A stretch of DNA of 64,000 nucleotides from Mobula birostris. Taxonomy: Eukaryota. Below are positions 62,276-64,000 of the stretch, one piece after another; within the stretch, counting starts at the first letter, position 1; each line of letters begins with the position of its first letter. The notes under the pieces are model-generated. The model was not told the origin of the DNA, searched no databases, and saw only the letters and a program-made list of their open reading frames with translations. Location: positions 63,133,107 through 63,197,106 of the forward strand of contig NC_092378.1 of assembly GCF_030028105.1 (NCBI RefSeq). Reading direction: 5' to 3'. A program made the translations under genes and the position numbers.

Positions 62276-64000
62276 ATCGACAATAGTTGCAGAATTTCCA
62301 TGTTGCTGCAGTTTAATGCAGTAATAACTCAGTTTTTGAACTGAGGAGCTCTTGAAAATTTTCTTTTGTAATGTTTTAACTCTAGAATTACATGTAAACT
62401 TAATGTAGTAATGTTCAGAAAGCTGAACTTTTAAACTTTCAGAATTGCCCAAAGTATTTATGGGGGAAAAGGTAGTTTAAAACAAGTTTTAAGTTCATTT
62501 ATGATGGTCTGGTAGTTGTTTTCTTCCTGTGCTACAGTTCTATTTTGCTCAACTATTTAAATTGTAAGGCTGTTAAGTCATTAAAATATTGGTGCAGCAG
62601 GTTCTTAACATCATAGCCTGTACTGATTGCTCAGAATGGTTGAGGTTCAAAAAATAGTAAGGCGACTTTTCAAAGTTTGTTACAGAGGTTTAGTTGTTTG
62701 CTGATTTGGAGCTTATGCAGTGTACCTTTCTCAGAATATGCACACATTGAAATTCTATCAATAGCAGTTTCAATTTCAGAATTAGCTAATTATATTGGAC
62801 CATTATTTAGCTAATTATGAGTTTTTTTAATAGAGGAATGAAAGTGGATCCAGGTGCCCATTTGTTTATGCAAATTCAATGCAAAATCAGAGTGTTTTCT
62901 GTTCTGAAGTGCTTGTTCGTTGGTTGGAATTACCTCTGGGGAAAATTAAAACTCTATTGAGCAAAACTTCTTTGTGACCTCAGCCTATGGATTCGGTCTT
63001 CACTAACTTTAATAAGGGTGCTAACTATAGTGACGCAATCGCACAAAGTACCATACTTTTCAGTGCCATTGCTGTTAAAACTTTTGAATACAGGCTACTT
63101 TTTATTAAAGTTGCTCAATATAGATTATCTAAATGATTCAGATTTTGGCAGTAAATGTGCTGTCACTTTGCCTAAGCTCAGTTCAAAATCATGATTATTT
63201 CTTGAAAAGAATTTTGATCAAAACACTGGTTTGAAAGCTTGGAAAAAAGCAGTAATCTTTGTGCAAATGTTTTAATTGTTTTTAAACAGATGTTTGGAGG
63301 AACAGTACAATATAGTCTCTGGTGTTTCGGGCTTTAATTTTATTGTATTATTGGGGGAAAATGATTTTTGTAAATTTTAATGTGATAATTAAATGGAGCA
63401 TTTACAATTCTGAAATGCATGTATTTTGGAGGAATTTTCCCTTCAAATTAAATTTGTGCAACAGCTTTTACATTGATACCTTCTCACATATTTAAGTATA
63501 GAAGACAGTGATTTATCTAGGTTAATTAGAGCTTATTTGCTTTGAGTTTTGTCCCCACTTTCAATGACATGGTGCTTTAGCAGCTAATCCTCATACCCAG
63601 ACCATTTTGATAAGTATTTTCTGACCTACTATAAAACACATAGGACCAAGAATTTGAGAACCTTGCCAAAATACCATTTCATCTGTGCCCTGATATTGTA
63701 GTTCTAAGTGGCAGCATTGCTTCTGATGTCAGCCTTGCAGGGACCATTGGGTGCAAAGGAGCTGGAGGATCGAGTGGCTTACCTTGGATTGTCCGTATGT
63801 CCCTTCACAGCCTACCTACTTGACTATGAAACATTCTCACAGATAAACTGGACTAAAATGATAATGTAGCCCAGAATAAAAATTGGCACAACACTCGATA
63901 AACTGGCCCTGTCAGTCCTATCCTCCTCCCATGTTACAATCAAGACTTATCATTCTTGTTTTAATTTCAGCCACCTGTGACATAACACTTTGTAAATGCC

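Noticed and set aside
62276-64000. GLT8D2 last exon, expected downstream by human synteny
   Set aside because: No recognisable coding sequence on the minus strand; the region looks like TDG 3' UTR or intergenic DNA.

Overview
Eukaryotic (vertebrate) genomic DNA. The repeat content (V-SINE/HE1-like SINEs, CR1- and Rex-type LINEs, abundant Penelope-like elements) suggests a cartilaginous fish, probably a ray (inference). It holds three spliced genes in the conserved human 12q23.3 order: HSP90B1 (+, 18 exons, 795 aa, ending KTEL, three ERSE motifs in the promoter), the microprotein gene UQCC6/BRAWNIN/C12orf73 (-, 67 aa, absent from the ORF track) and TDG (+, 10 exons, 398 aa), the last two head-to-head on a CpG island. 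The most unusual structure is in TDG intron 2: a sense-oriented, internally deleted gamma/epsilon-like endogenous retrovirus (29791-41561; GCTT TSD, tRNA-Arg PBS, 7x59-bp G-rich leader array). Its 5' LTR was hit twice by the same Neptune-type Penelope-like element, once on each side of the TATA box. The larger insertion is 5 kb with ~2-kb inverted arms, an open RT+GIY-YIG frame and minimal hammerhead ribozymes. The other introns carry Tc1, hAT, Tigger-like, solo-LTR, LINE and SINE relics. All calls were made by reading the sequence; no database searches were run.
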